DNA of 64,000 nucleotides from Promethearchaeati archaeon SRVP18_Atabeyarchaeia-1 (lineage in GTDB: Archaea; Asgardarchaeota; Atabeyarchaeia; Atabeyarchaeales; Atabeyarchaeaceae), in contig CP147779.1 of the NCBI GenBank assembly GCA_037308085.1, positions 1,120,001 to 1,184,000 on the forward strand, written 5' to 3'. The notes under the pieces were generated by a model that ran no database searches, was not told the origin of the DNA, and was given only the letters and a program-made list of their open reading frames with translations. This document shows positions 1 through 9,651 of the stretch, one piece after another (the stretch's first letter is position 1; every line of letters starts with the position of its first letter). A program made the position numbers and the translations under genes.

Positions 1-1675
1 GAGCAAGAAGTCTCCATACGAATCCAAGATTTGGCTTAAGAACTATGACGAAGGTGTTCCGCCTAAACTACCTGAACCGAAATCTCCACTGAACAAGGTG
101 CTGGACGATGTTGCGAAGGAGTACCCAGAGAAGACTGCTGTTGTCTTCTACAAGAGGAAGATAACCTTTCGCGAGCTGAAGGATTACACTGACAGGCTAG
201 CCACAGCCTTCGTGGCAATGGGAATAAAGAAGGGTGACATCATTGGACTCCACATGCCTAACCTCCCGCATTATCCGATCACAATGTGGGGTGCATGGAA
301 AGCAGGCGCAGTTGTCATGGGTGTAAGCCCGCTTATGAAAGAACGGGATTTGAGACATCAACTCAAAGATTCAGGTGCCAAGGCCGTCGTGTCTGCTGAA
401 ATGTATGTGAAGATGGTTAGCACGATCAAGCCTGAAACGAAAATCGAACATGTAATCTCCGCAGGGCTGGGCGACTTCCCGGAGGGATCCCTTCCCAAGC
501 CCAAGGAAATACCAGGAGCAACTCACTTCATCAAACTCCTAACCGAATACAAACCGAACCCACCTCCTGTTCAGGTTGACTTAAAGGAAACACCCGCTTT
601 TCTCCAATATACGGGTGGGACAACAGGATTACCTAAGGGCGCTGTCATAACTCACTACAATCATCTGTCCAACATGTACCAATTCACGGCATGGCTTAAG
701 TTCAAACGAGGGGTAGAATCAGTCGTGTCGGGTTTTCCTTATTTCCACATAGCTGGGACACTAACATGCACAATGTCTATATTGAATGCGGCTCAGCAAG
801 CGTTGGTCGTGAACCCAAGAGATCTACCTCTGATTTTTCAGCTCGTCAATGAGCATAAGCCAACATTGTTAGCTAATGTTAGCACGCTCTACATGCTGAT
901 GCTCAGACACCCCGATTTCAAGAAATGCGACTTCAGCTCGGTTAAGTATTTCATAAGCGCAGCAGCTCCGTTTCCAGCAGAGGTCATAAAGGAATTCGAG
1001 AAAGCGACCGGGAAGAGAGTCATTGAAGCATACGGTTTGACGGAATGTTCTCCCCTCGTCACGGCGAACCCTGTTGAACACACAAGGAAAATCGGCTCAG
1101 TCGGAATGCCATTTCCGGATACAGAGATAAGAATCGTGGAACTGGGGGCAAAGAACAAGGAGGTTCCGCTAGGAGAACCTGGTGACCTTCTAGTCCGAGG
1201 TCCACAAGTCTTCAAAGGATACTTGAATAGACCTGAAGAAACTAGAACATCGCTAGTAGGCGACGGGTGGTGCCGAACAGGTGATGTAGCGAAAATGGAC
1301 GAAAATGGGTACATCTACATAGTAGACAGAACTAAAGACATGATTAATGTGGGTGGGTTGAAGGTGTATCCTAGAGAAGTTGACGACACATTGTGTGAAC
1401 ATCCCGCTGTGATGATGGCTGCAACAGTTGGGCTTACCGATCCCGATCGTCCAGGAAGCGAGAGAATAAAAGCGTTCGTCGTTCTCAAACAAGGCTACGA
1501 AGGAACTGGGAAAATGGAGCAGGAGCTAATACAGTTTGTGAAAGATAGGATATCCCCATACAAGGTTCCGAAGTACATAGAGTTCAGAAAGGAGTTGCCT
1601 CTTACACTCATAGGCAAAGTTGTGAAGGTATCGCTGAGAGAAGAAGAAAAGACCAAAGCGGCAGACCAGAAATGA
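1..1675 (+). CDS. Long-chain acyl-CoA synthetase (AMP-forming, FadD family), 5' end runs off the window
   Basis: YTGGTTGLPKG, YGLTE, RTGD and GKV motifs; frame is open from base 2 (SKKSPYESKIWLKNY...), so the true start is at or before the window edge. Confidence 0.93.
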   Translation, partial: SKKSPYESKIWLKNYDEGVPPKLPEPKSPLNKVLDDVAKEYPEKTAVVFYKRKITFRELKDYTDRLATAFVAMGIKKGDIIGLHMPNLPHYPITMWGAWKAGAVVMGVSPLMKERDLRHQLKDSGAKAVVSAEMYVKMVSTIKPETKIEHVISAGLGDFPEGSLPKPKEIPGATHFIKLLTEYKPNPPPVQVDLKETPAFLQYTGGTTGLPKGAVITHYNHLSNMYQFTAWLKFKRGVESVVSGFPYFHIAGTLTCTMSILNAAQQALVVNPRDLPLIFQLVNEHKPTLLANVSTLYMLMLRHPDFKKCDFSSVKYFISAAAPFPAEVIKEFEKATGKRVIEAYGLTECSPLVTANPVEHTRKIGSVGMPFPDTEIRIVELGAKNKEVPLGEPGDLLVRGPQVFKGYLNRPEETRTSLVGDGWCRTGDVAKMDENGYIYIVDRTKDMINVGGLKVYPREVDDTLCEHPAVMMAATVGLTDPDRPGSERIKAFVVLKQGYEGTGKMEQELIQFVKDRISPYKVPKYIEFRKELPLTLIGKVVKVSLREEEKTKAADQK

Positions 1676-1823
1676 CGCAAAGGAAATGGAGGCATTCATC
1701 TACCTCATCAGCGGACAGCTTCGCGTGGTGTCTCTCACGTCTGAGGTAGATCTCCTTCCACTTTTCTATTCTCATAGAGATAGGAAAAAGAGAAGATTAT
1801 GGGAATGGAGCCATGGACTAATT

Positions 1824-2996
1824 CTATAGTTGTTTGTTGGACAGTATCGTAACGCCTGCTACCGAACCCGTGCCTCCCAGATTGTGAGTTAATCCAATCT
1901 CGGCGTTGCTTACTTGGCGTTTATCTGCTTCATTTCTAAGGTGCCATGATATCTCGCATATTTGCGCGATTCCTGTTGCCCCTATTGGGTGACCTTTGCT
2001 CTTTAAGCCGCCACTTGGGTTAATCGGGATCTTTCCGCCTATTTCGGTGTTTCCTTGTTCAATGAATTTCCCGCCTTCGCCTTTCTTGCAGAATCCTAGA
2101 TCCTCTGTGTCAAGGATTTCGGTTATCGTGAAGCAGTCGTGCACCTCAGCTAGGTTAACGTCTTCGGGCCCAATGCCAGCCATTCTGTAAGCTTCTTTGC
2201 CAGCCTCGACTGTCGCGTAGAACGTGGTGAAATCTGGTTTTGAAGCCATGTTGAATGTGTCTGTCGCCAGACCCAATCCTGCAACGTAAACTGGTGCGTC
2301 GGTGTACTTCTTGGCTAGGTCAGCGCGGGTGATTATTACTGCCGCGGCTCCATCAGTTACAGGGCAGCAATCGAAGAGCCCGAGTGGAGAGCATACCATT
2401 GGTGCTTTTAGGGCATCCTCAAGTTTGATGGGTCTCTGGAAGTGGGCATACGGGTCTAGTGCTCCATTCTTGTGGTTCTTGACAGCCACGTAGGCCATTT
2501 GTTGCTTTGTGGTTCCAAAGTCATGCATATGCCTGTTTGCGTAGAATGCGAAGATGGCTGGCGCGGTCATTCCCCTAGCGTAGATTGGATGCATGCCTCT
2601 TGCGACGACCCCTTGGAGAGACTCGATTGGAGGGACGTCTCGCATCTTCTCTACTCCAAGGGCCAAGGCAACGTCGTACGTCCCTGATGCCACGGCGAAG
2701 CAGGCATTTCGAAAGGCGTCCATCCCGGTGGCACAGGCATTCTCCAGTCTGGAGACCGGTCTTGGAAAGAACCCGAGCGGCTCAGCAAGGGAGGCTCCAG
2801 TTAGGATCTCTCGTTTTATTATGCTGCCAATGCATGTCCCAAGCCATGCAGCTTGGATCTCCTTTTGGTCAATACCATTGTCAACGCTCTTGAGGGCGTT
2901 GAGATAGGCTTCGCTCATCATGTCCTCGTAACTTTTCTCGAATAGTTCCCCGAATTTAATCATCCCAAAACCTACAACTGCGACTTTGTTCTTCAT
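1824..2996 (-). CDS. Thiolase (archaeal/SCP2-type acetyl-CoA acyltransferase)
   Basis: ENACATG nucleophile Cys, HDCF, GHPIGATG, HNLGG. Confidence 0.93.
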   Translation of the reverse strand: MKNKVAVVGFGMIKFGELFEKSYEDMMSEAYLNALKSVDNGIDQKEIQAAWLGTCIGSIIKREILTGASLAEPLGFFPRPVSRLENACATGMDAFRNACFAVASGTYDVALALGVEKMRDVPPIESLQGVVARGMHPIYARGMTAPAIFAFYANRHMHDFGTTKQQMAYVAVKNHKNGALDPYAHFQRPIKLEDALKAPMVCSPLGLFDCCPVTDGAAAVIITRADLAKKYTDAPVYVAGLGLATDTFNMASKPDFTTFYATVEAGKEAYRMAGIGPEDVNLAEVHDCFTITEILDTEDLGFCKKGEGGKFIEQGNTEIGGKIPINPSGGLKSKGHPIGATGIAQICEISWHLRNEADKRQVSNAEIGLTHNLGGTGSVAGVTILSNKQL

Positions 2997-3042
2997 CTAG
3001 TTCTCACACTCCTATCAAGGAAATCGTTCTTGGCAGCTTGTT

Positions 3043-3456
3043 CTACTTCTTAGCCTCCGTCGCCTCCTTAACTGGTTTCGCCCGGAAACTGTACCTGAGA
3101 AGTCCTTCGGACTCACCAAATCTCCTGAAGACAAGCTCCACAGGCATGTCTATTTTCACTTCGTCTGGCTTCGCCTGAGTCATTGAAACCATTAGTCTTG
3201 CCCCGTCTTCCGTGTCCACTATGGCCATAATTGTCGGAGTCTCAAAACCGGGGGGCATAACATGCTCAACCGTGAAAGTCACGATTTTTCCCCTTCTAGT
3301 GATGTGGTGTTCCTCAAATCCTTCTGCGCTACCGCATTTGAGGCAAATGCTTCCCATCCTTGGGAAGTTTATGTAACCACATTTCTTGCACTTCAGACCT
3401 ACCAGTCTATAAAGTTGTGGAATCTCCCTCCACAACATTGGAGAAGCAATCGACAT
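3043..3456 (-). CDS. DUF35 Zn-ribbon/OB-fold acyl-CoA-binding scaffold
   Basis: CKKCG..FPR..CLKCG plus OB-fold; lies between thiolase and HMGS-like genes. Confidence 0.92.
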   Translation of the reverse strand: MSIASPMLWREIPQLYRLVGLKCKKCGYINFPRMGSICLKCGSAEGFEEHHITRRGKIVTFTVEHVMPPGFETPTIMAIVDTEDGARLMVSMTQAKPDEVKIDMPVELVFRRFGESEGLLRYSFRAKPVKEATEAKK

Positions 3457-3476
3457 TTTCTATTTCAACCTCCTCT

Positions 3477-4520
3477 TCAAGGGCTCGCCACAAACATTTC
3501 TTTCAGCTTCGCGTATTGAATGTAGTTTAGTATTTCCTTGGACTTCTGGAAGTTCTTGATTGAGTAGAATGCATTCTTTCTACTTTCTGCGGTTGGTGTC
3601 ACCTTTAGACTTATGGCATCGCTGCATCCTCCGCCGTAGGACAACAGCATGATTCTGTCATTTGGTTTTGACTGTTCCAGAACCTGCGCAAGACCTAGGA
3701 ACACGTATGCAGCACCCGTTTCTCCAAAAGAGTTGAACGTCACTCCCGGCATTAGATTCGGCATGTCGAACCCGATTTTCTTGGAAGCGTCTATCCCCTT
3801 CGACGGATCAATGCCAAAGGGTAGCATCTGCTGCACGACATACTTGAAATCCTTCGAAGTCTTACCAAGTTTCTTGACTAAGCCGATGGCCGCCTCAACG
3901 ACAGCTTTGGTATAGCCATACTCCCTGGAAAACCTGTCGTCTCCGCTGTCCCTTTCATACGGGTCTCCAGTTCTTTTCCACTTGTCGGCAAACTCTGAAG
4001 AGGAAGAGCTTGCGCCTTCGAACTCAGTTATTGTGTTCTCTTTGCCAATCACGACGGCTCCAGCGCCGGCGCCTGAATAGAATTCAAGAATGGAACTAGG
4101 TGCCCCAAGAAGGCCATCAGCGCCAACAGCTATGCCATACTTCGCTCTACCAGCGCTGATTAGATCCGTGCATGCCAATAATGCGGATGTTCCTGCTCTT
4201 GCAGAACCGCCGAATTCCATAATCGTCGCCGTACTAGGCAATCCAAGGTGAGCTGCGATCGTGGTTGCAATCATTCTTTCTGTATAGGGACTTGAGGTAG
4301 TTCCCAGGTAGACAGCCTCGATCTTCTCTGGGGGTATTCCCGAATGGCGAACGGCGTTAGTGGCTGCTTCTGCCGCCATCGTCACGGCGTCTTCATCGAC
4401 GTTCGGCACTGCCTTCTCAACATCCATTAAGGGTGGCGGGAAGTTGCTTGCCTTAAGAATCTCGCTTAACTTTATCCTGTAACTAGGAACATAAGCTCCT
4501 ACACCAACTATGCCGACCAT
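3477..4520 (-). CDS. HMG-CoA synthase-fold protein with degenerate catalytic residues (PhlA-like)
   Basis: GIVGVGAYVP, DEDAVTMA, GAGAGA, GETG, SYGGG; GTTS / GGSARAG / VQQM replace the GSES / FACKAG / HQPN motifs. Confidence 0.85.
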   Translation of the reverse strand: MVGIVGVGAYVPSYRIKLSEILKASNFPPPLMDVEKAVPNVDEDAVTMAAEAATNAVRHSGIPPEKIEAVYLGTTSSPYTERMIATTIAAHLGLPSTATIMEFGGSARAGTSALLACTDLISAGRAKYGIAVGADGLLGAPSSILEFYSGAGAGAVVIGKENTITEFEGASSSSSEFADKWKRTGDPYERDSGDDRFSREYGYTKAVVEAAIGLVKKLGKTSKDFKYVVQQMLPFGIDPSKGIDASKKIGFDMPNLMPGVTFNSFGETGAAYVFLGLAQVLEQSKPNDRIMLLSYGGGCSDAISLKVTPTAESRKNAFYSIKNFQKSKEILNYIQYAKLKEMFVASP

Positions 4521-4723
4521 GAAGTCTCCATCTCCCTTAGTAGCTTTTTCAACACTGTTACATTATCACCTCTAATTCTCTGTCCTTTTAATCTTTACCA
4601 AGGGAGAAGACTCTCTTCTAAAAAGAGGTTCTGGCGATCTGGAAATGATGGAAAGAGAGATGCGCAGAGTTCAGGACGGGGTCCAACTCGCACCAAATAT
4701 GATGCAATCTGGGTTGATTTTGC

Positions 4724-6169
4724 TCACCGATTATTCTCGGTGTGCTTCAAGTAGTCCCTGTAATCAAGCATAGCCCTTATGGCCTGCGCCGCGGTCTGAG
4801 GATCCTCGTACACTGGGACACCTCCGTCTCCCCTTAGGTATTGCAGAACCTTACTGTCCTCATTGGCGTGTATTGTCAGTCCTATTATTGGTTTTCCATA
4901 TCGATGTTTGAGTTCCGCTAGCAGCTTCGCTTCATCTAGTTCTCTCTTAGTTCCCATCTGAGTAATGATTGCGTCATGTAAGACTTCAGTAAAAGCTTCA
5001 AGCAACCCGATACCTATGACTATCACGCCATCGATGTAGTCTTGTTTCAGAAGTGTTTCAGCACATGTTGAAAGTATGCCTTCCCCGAAGGCACCGTCAC
5101 TAGTGTCTACGGGATTCGTATGGCTCCAGTATTTTGGGAGTATCTTGCTTAGTGATTCAACTTCCCCATTTTCAAGCGGCGGTACTTTGAGGTTGAGTCG
5201 GTCAGCGTGATCCATGAATTGTACACCGACGCCTCCGCCAAAGGTCACTATGCCTAGATTAGGTCCTCTCGGGATGGGTTGAGTTGAGAAAGCCGTCGCC
5301 AGGTCAAACATCTTAGCGACACTATCAGCACGTATTGCGCCGCTTGCCTTCAAGGCTGCGGAAACGACTTTGTCAGAACCAGCTAACGCTCCAACGTGAG
5401 AGGCTACGACCCTTTGGCTCGTCTCTCCTGTTCCGGCTTTCATTACAAGTACAGGTTTCCTCTTGGAAGCTTCCTTGACCGCAGCCATGAGTTTCCGGCC
5501 GTTCTTCAGCCCTTCGAAGTAGGCCATTATGACCTTGGTTGCAGAGTCTTTTCCGTAGTAATCAATCATGTCAGATATGTCTAGGTCTGCTGAGTCTCCC
5601 ACATTGACGAACTTGCTCAAGCCTTGCCTTCGTCGATGCGTCAATCCGTGGACGATGACCCCGGGGCTACCACCTTGCGATACAAATGCTATCTGGCCTG
5701 CAAGAGGCCTTATGGGACCGAGCAACGCTGAGAAGCTGGAGGCGGCGCTATACACACCATTGCAGTTAGGTCCAGTGAAACGCAACCCACCTTTCCTGGC
5801 AATTCGGATGACCTCATGCTCCAAGTTGGAGCCTGACTCATCAACCTCACTGAACCCTGCAGAAATAACAATTGCTGTCTTGACGTTCTGGGAAACGCAG
5901 TCCTCCATAGTTTCTGGCACATATTTCGCCGGAAGCGTGAAGACAGCGCAGTCAATAGGTTCCTTGATTTTGTTCACCTTGGCAACCGCCTGAAGACCAA
6001 CAATTCTGGCGGCTGCGTTGGGATTCACGGGGTAGACTCTTCCTCTAAATCCGCCATCGACGATATTTCTTAGTACGAATCCACTCACGCTAACAGGATC
6101 CCTTGACGCGCCGATGCAGGCTACGACTTTTGGGTTGAATAATGGTTCGAGTTCGTTTGAAATAGTCAA
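4724..6169 (-). CDS. acdA: ADP-forming acyl/acetate-CoA ligase alpha subunit
   Basis: CoA-binding IGAS..VYPVNP, GPNCNG, SQGG, phospho-His in SHVGALAG, NPVD. Confidence 0.88.
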   Translation of the reverse strand: MTISNELEPLFNPKVVACIGASRDPVSVSGFVLRNIVDGGFRGRVYPVNPNAAARIVGLQAVAKVNKIKEPIDCAVFTLPAKYVPETMEDCVSQNVKTAIVISAGFSEVDESGSNLEHEVIRIARKGGLRFTGPNCNGVYSAASSFSALLGPIRPLAGQIAFVSQGGSPGVIVHGLTHRRRQGLSKFVNVGDSADLDISDMIDYYGKDSATKVIMAYFEGLKNGRKLMAAVKEASKRKPVLVMKAGTGETSQRVVASHVGALAGSDKVVSAALKASGAIRADSVAKMFDLATAFSTQPIPRGPNLGIVTFGGGVGVQFMDHADRLNLKVPPLENGEVESLSKILPKYWSHTNPVDTSDGAFGEGILSTCAETLLKQDYIDGVIVIGIGLLEAFTEVLHDAIITQMGTKRELDEAKLLAELKHRYGKPIIGLTIHANEDSKVLQYLRGDGGVPVYEDPQTAAQAIRAMLDYRDYLKHTENNR

Positions 6170-6503
6170 CGGGATGGTTCACTTCCATTTACTTTTTCGC
6201 CAGAGCCTAATTAGGTGAATAAGCTAGGTATAAAAACATTCTGTACAGGCCACTGCTCAGAATAGGCTTCATGTTGTCTCCTAGTGAAAGCCATTTAGCG
6301 AATAGTCTTGCATGGTACGCTCTTGGGCTTCCGGCTTTCCGTAGTCCGTCTTCCGCATCCTCTGTCCAAGAGCTAAAAGGAGAATGTTGCGTTTTCCTTG
6401 CATTGATTCCAATGCGGTTGCCAAAAAGGAAGAATTGGAAGGATCGCTTCGTACTGCCGTGGAAGAGCCCTAGTCCTGTCTCTGGTTCGTTTTACTGGTT
6501 TCC

Positions 6504-7520
6504 TTAGAACTTGACTTTGTCTATTCCCTTTAGCTTAAGTATCTCTCTTGTGTCCTTCGGCGTCGCGATCTCGTAGTCGAGGTCATGGGCGATCTTCACG
6601 ATCTTCTCCACGAGTTCCCCATTTCCTTTGGCGAGCTCGTGGTGTCTAACATAGATGTTGTCCTCAAGTCCGACTCTTACATGTCCACCCATGGCCATGG
6701 CAGCAGCCCCTAGATGGAACTCTGCAGGGTATCCTATTCCTATGACTGACCACGTGTATTCCACATTACGACCCAGCATTAGCGAAGCTTGCCGTGCTAT
6801 TCTGTCAGTTTCCGTCTGGAGGTGAACCAATTCGTACACCGTTGCGGCAGTTCCTCCAAGTACTCCCAAGACGTACTGGATGTGTAGCGGGAATTCAACC
6901 CAACCGAAACGCAGCATGGCAGCGGTATTCCATAGGCCATTAGTGCCATAGAGCTCCAGCTCGGGCTTGACTTTGTGCTCTCTCATTGCTTTGGCGAACA
7001 CGTCAAGATCTTTGAACGTGTTTCTGAAAACCATGTCTTTGCTGGATTCCACCATCGATTTCTCCCAGGTTGTCTTCCACTCCTTTATCCTCTCGGCAAG
7101 TGGGAATACAGAGAAATTCATCGACTCAATATCAAAGCTGCACATCTCAGGCTCAAACTCGGGCACCACCGCGATTCTCTGCTCCGGTGTCATTCCCATG
7201 CCACCACCGGTGGTTGTGCAAACCACTAGGTCATCGCATTTCTGCTTGATTTTGGTCAACGTTTCTTTCCAAACTTTAAGGTCAGCTGACGGTAAACCTG
7301 TCTTTGGATCTCTAACATGTACGTGAACCACTGAAGCGCCAGCCTTGTAGGCTGCCTTTGCTTCGTCGGAGATCTGGTCGGGTGTAATTGGCAGATAAGG
7401 AGTCTGGCTAGGAACAGTGGCGCTTCCAGTCAGGGCACAAGTTATTATTACTTTGCGCGGAGGTCTCTTGGCAGGTGCTTCCGCTGTCTTGCCAGGTGCC
7501 GTTACCTTTTTAGTAGACAT
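6504..7520 (-). CDS. Beta-keto acid cleavage enzyme (BKACE/DUF849, Kce family)
   Basis: IITCALTG, PITPDQI, HVHVRD, TTGG, RVGLEDN. Confidence 0.92.
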   Translation of the reverse strand: MSTKKVTAPGKTAEAPAKRPPRKVIITCALTGSATVPSQTPYLPITPDQISDEAKAAYKAGASVVHVHVRDPKTGLPSADLKVWKETLTKIKQKCDDLVVCTTTGGGMGMTPEQRIAVVPEFEPEMCSFDIESMNFSVFPLAERIKEWKTTWEKSMVESSKDMVFRNTFKDLDVFAKAMREHKVKPELELYGTNGLWNTAAMLRFGWVEFPLHIQYVLGVLGGTAATVYELVHLQTETDRIARQASLMLGRNVEYTWSVIGIGYPAEFHLGAAAMAMGGHVRVGLEDNIYVRHHELAKGNGELVEKIVKIAHDLDYEIATPKDTREILKLKGIDKVKF

Positions 7521-7648
7521 CTTCCTCTCACTCCTCTTTTGAAAATCTTCTAGTTCCTAATGTTGTACTGTACTCTGCAGCGTCAAATAAATAAAGTATT
7601 AGGTTTTTGGATTTCGCCAAATTGTGGGTGCTTGCCTCGGCAATAAGT

Positions 7649-8821
7649 TCAGGGCTTCTTCTGTTTCTCTTTTGACTCCTTATAGATTTCGCGTTGGATC
7701 AAGTAGCGCAGTATTTCGGATGTGCCTCCTCCGATGGGCATTAGTCTTGCGTCTCTCGCGAATTGCTCGACATCGTATTCCTTTGTGTACCCAATTCCTC
7801 CGAGCATCTGCAGGGCGCTGTAAGTCACGTTTACAGCTGTCTCCACTGCGAAGAGCTTCGCCATCGAAGCCTCTTTGGTGGCGCCTAGTCCTTTGTCAAT
7901 CATCCGGGCTGCCCTCAGCATGAGCAGTCTCGCAGCGTCTATCGCCATACCCATGTCTGCAACCTTGAAGCTCACTCCCTCAAACCTGCTTATGGTCTGG
8001 TCGAACTGAACTCTCTCGGTCGAGTACTTGACCGCTGCCTCAAAGGGCGTCCGAGCGCAACCTATCGCCTGGCCGGCAATCATGGTTCTCTCTATGTCAA
8101 GTTCGTCCATAACTACGAGGAATCCGCTATTCTCCTTGCCGATGATGTTTTCTTTGGGAACCTTGACGTTTTGAAATGTCAAGTGGGCAGCCTTCGCTCC
8201 TCGGTTACCCATAAGCTCGTAGTCTTTGACATGTTTGAACCCAGGCATAGTTTTCTCAACCAGGAATGCGGTCATGCCTTGGTGAGCGTGGACCTTTGGG
8301 TCAGTTACTGCGAAGACTAGCAGGTAGTCTGCTTCTCCACCATTGGTTATGAACCTTTTTTCGCCGTTCAGCAGATAATAGTCTCCTTCTTTCTTCGCTG
8401 TGGTTTTCATCCCGGCGACGTCCGATCCGACGTTTGGCTCGGTGATGCATATGCAACCTATTTTCTCTCCCCGTGCTAATTGTGGAAGAACCTCTGTCTT
8501 CTGTTGCTTTGTGCCAAACCGCACAATTGGCCAAGTAAAGAGAACTGAAGAGGCACCAACGCACATTCCTATGGCGGGGCTTAACGCACCCATTTCTTCA
8601 GCGAAAAGTGAAGCTATCACTGCACCTTGGTCAGATCCGCCGTATTCCTTAGGAATCAAGCCACCCAAGTTTCCCGTAGGTCTAAGAATCCTGAAGACCT
8701 CCCGTGGGTACCGATCCGTCTTCTCAATTTCCTCAGCGACACCAGTGAGCTCCCTCTTAAGAAAGTCCCTTGTCTCAACTTGGTACATTGCTTCTTCATC
8801 ATTCAGAAAGATGTTACTCAC
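7649..8821 (-). CDS. Acyl-CoA dehydrogenase (IVD/LCAD-type catalytic Glu)
   Basis: ITEPNVGSD, NGEKRFITNG, ELDIER, RVQF, IGGGT; start placed at GTG 8821 after GGTGG and by alignment to the paralog at 12637. Confidence 0.93.
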   Translation of the reverse strand: MSNIFLNDEEAMYQVETRDFLKRELTGVAEEIEKTDRYPREVFRILRPTGNLGGLIPKEYGGSDQGAVIASLFAEEMGALSPAIGMCVGASSVLFTWPIVRFGTKQQKTEVLPQLARGEKIGCICITEPNVGSDVAGMKTTAKKEGDYYLLNGEKRFITNGGEADYLLVFAVTDPKVHAHQGMTAFLVEKTMPGFKHVKDYELMGNRGAKAAHLTFQNVKVPKENIIGKENSGFLVVMDELDIERTMIAGQAIGCARTPFEAAVKYSTERVQFDQTISRFEGVSFKVADMGMAIDAARLLMLRAARMIDKGLGATKEASMAKLFAVETAVNVTYSALQMLGGIGYTKEYDVEQFARDARLMPIGGGTSEILRYLIQREIYKESKEKQKKP

Positions 8822-9028
8822 GTATACCACCCAAGAAAAATCTTGATCTTCTATCGCAAGTCTGCTCCTTATAACATCATCGTCTTCTGGCATCGAAAAC
8901 AAGGTGCACTTCAGGAGATGCGAAAGGAAGAAAAAGGCATTGAGAGCCTCAGTCTCGGGTCCCTTTCAGAAAGACCGAAGGGGGGAATGTCTGATCAGGA
9001 CGCCAAACTTGTGCGGTCATGTTTGGGC

Positions 9029-9490
9029 TCAAGCTGTACCCGCAGTCCTCAGTCTTGAAGCATATTCGCGAATTGCCTCCTCCTGTTCAGGTGATTCGAC
9101 GGATCGGGGTCGCGATCTCCTGACTTCTTTAATGGCGCTGTCAGCATCAAAGCCTTTCCTCACAAGGTACGCTGCTAGCAGTGACCCTGTCCTCCCCAAG
9201 CCCATCCTGCAGCAAACAAGTACGGGCTTACCCTGCTTTTCCATGTTCTCAACAAAATCGATGAATCTGTCGATTTGCTCCTGCGTTGGGGGCATGAATG
9301 AGGGGACTTTCAAGTGGAAATACTCGAACCCCATGCCTCTCATAAGTCCTTCGTCGACCGGCCATTCCACTAAGCAGATTATCGCACGGATGCCAAGCCC
9401 CCAGAGTTCAGATAGAGTTTCGCCTGAATCAGCTAACGCTGCACCAGCGATCCTACCTTCAACGAGCCAACTGAAGTTTCGAAGATTCAT
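9029..9490 (-). CDS. Dual-specificity (Cys-based, CX5R) phosphatase
   Basis: NFSW, VLVCCRMGLGRTG P-loop, RPRSVE..EQ. Confidence 0.88.
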   Translation of the reverse strand: MNLRNFSWLVEGRIAGAALADSGETLSELWGLGIRAIICLVEWPVDEGLMRGMGFEYFHLKVPSFMPPTQEQIDRFIDFVENMEKQGKPVLVCCRMGLGRTGSLLAAYLVRKGFDADSAIKEVRRSRPRSVESPEQEEAIREYASRLRTAGTA

Positions 9491-9651
9491 GAGCACTAGC
9501 CACGCGAAACATTGTTAGATATCATTATATATAGGAGCATCGGGAGACTTAGAACGACGACTATAGACTTTCTTGGACTGTCTAGGTCTTCAAGCCAGTT
9601 ATATGCGTTACCCGAAAGGGAAGAAAGTCTGGATGGAGGGCGATTCGTTAT

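Noticed and set aside
8904-9518. Long antisense ORFs (8904..9518, 19319..19879, 26787..27764, 43938..44504)
   Set aside because: Shadows of well-supported genes on the opposite strand, without motifs
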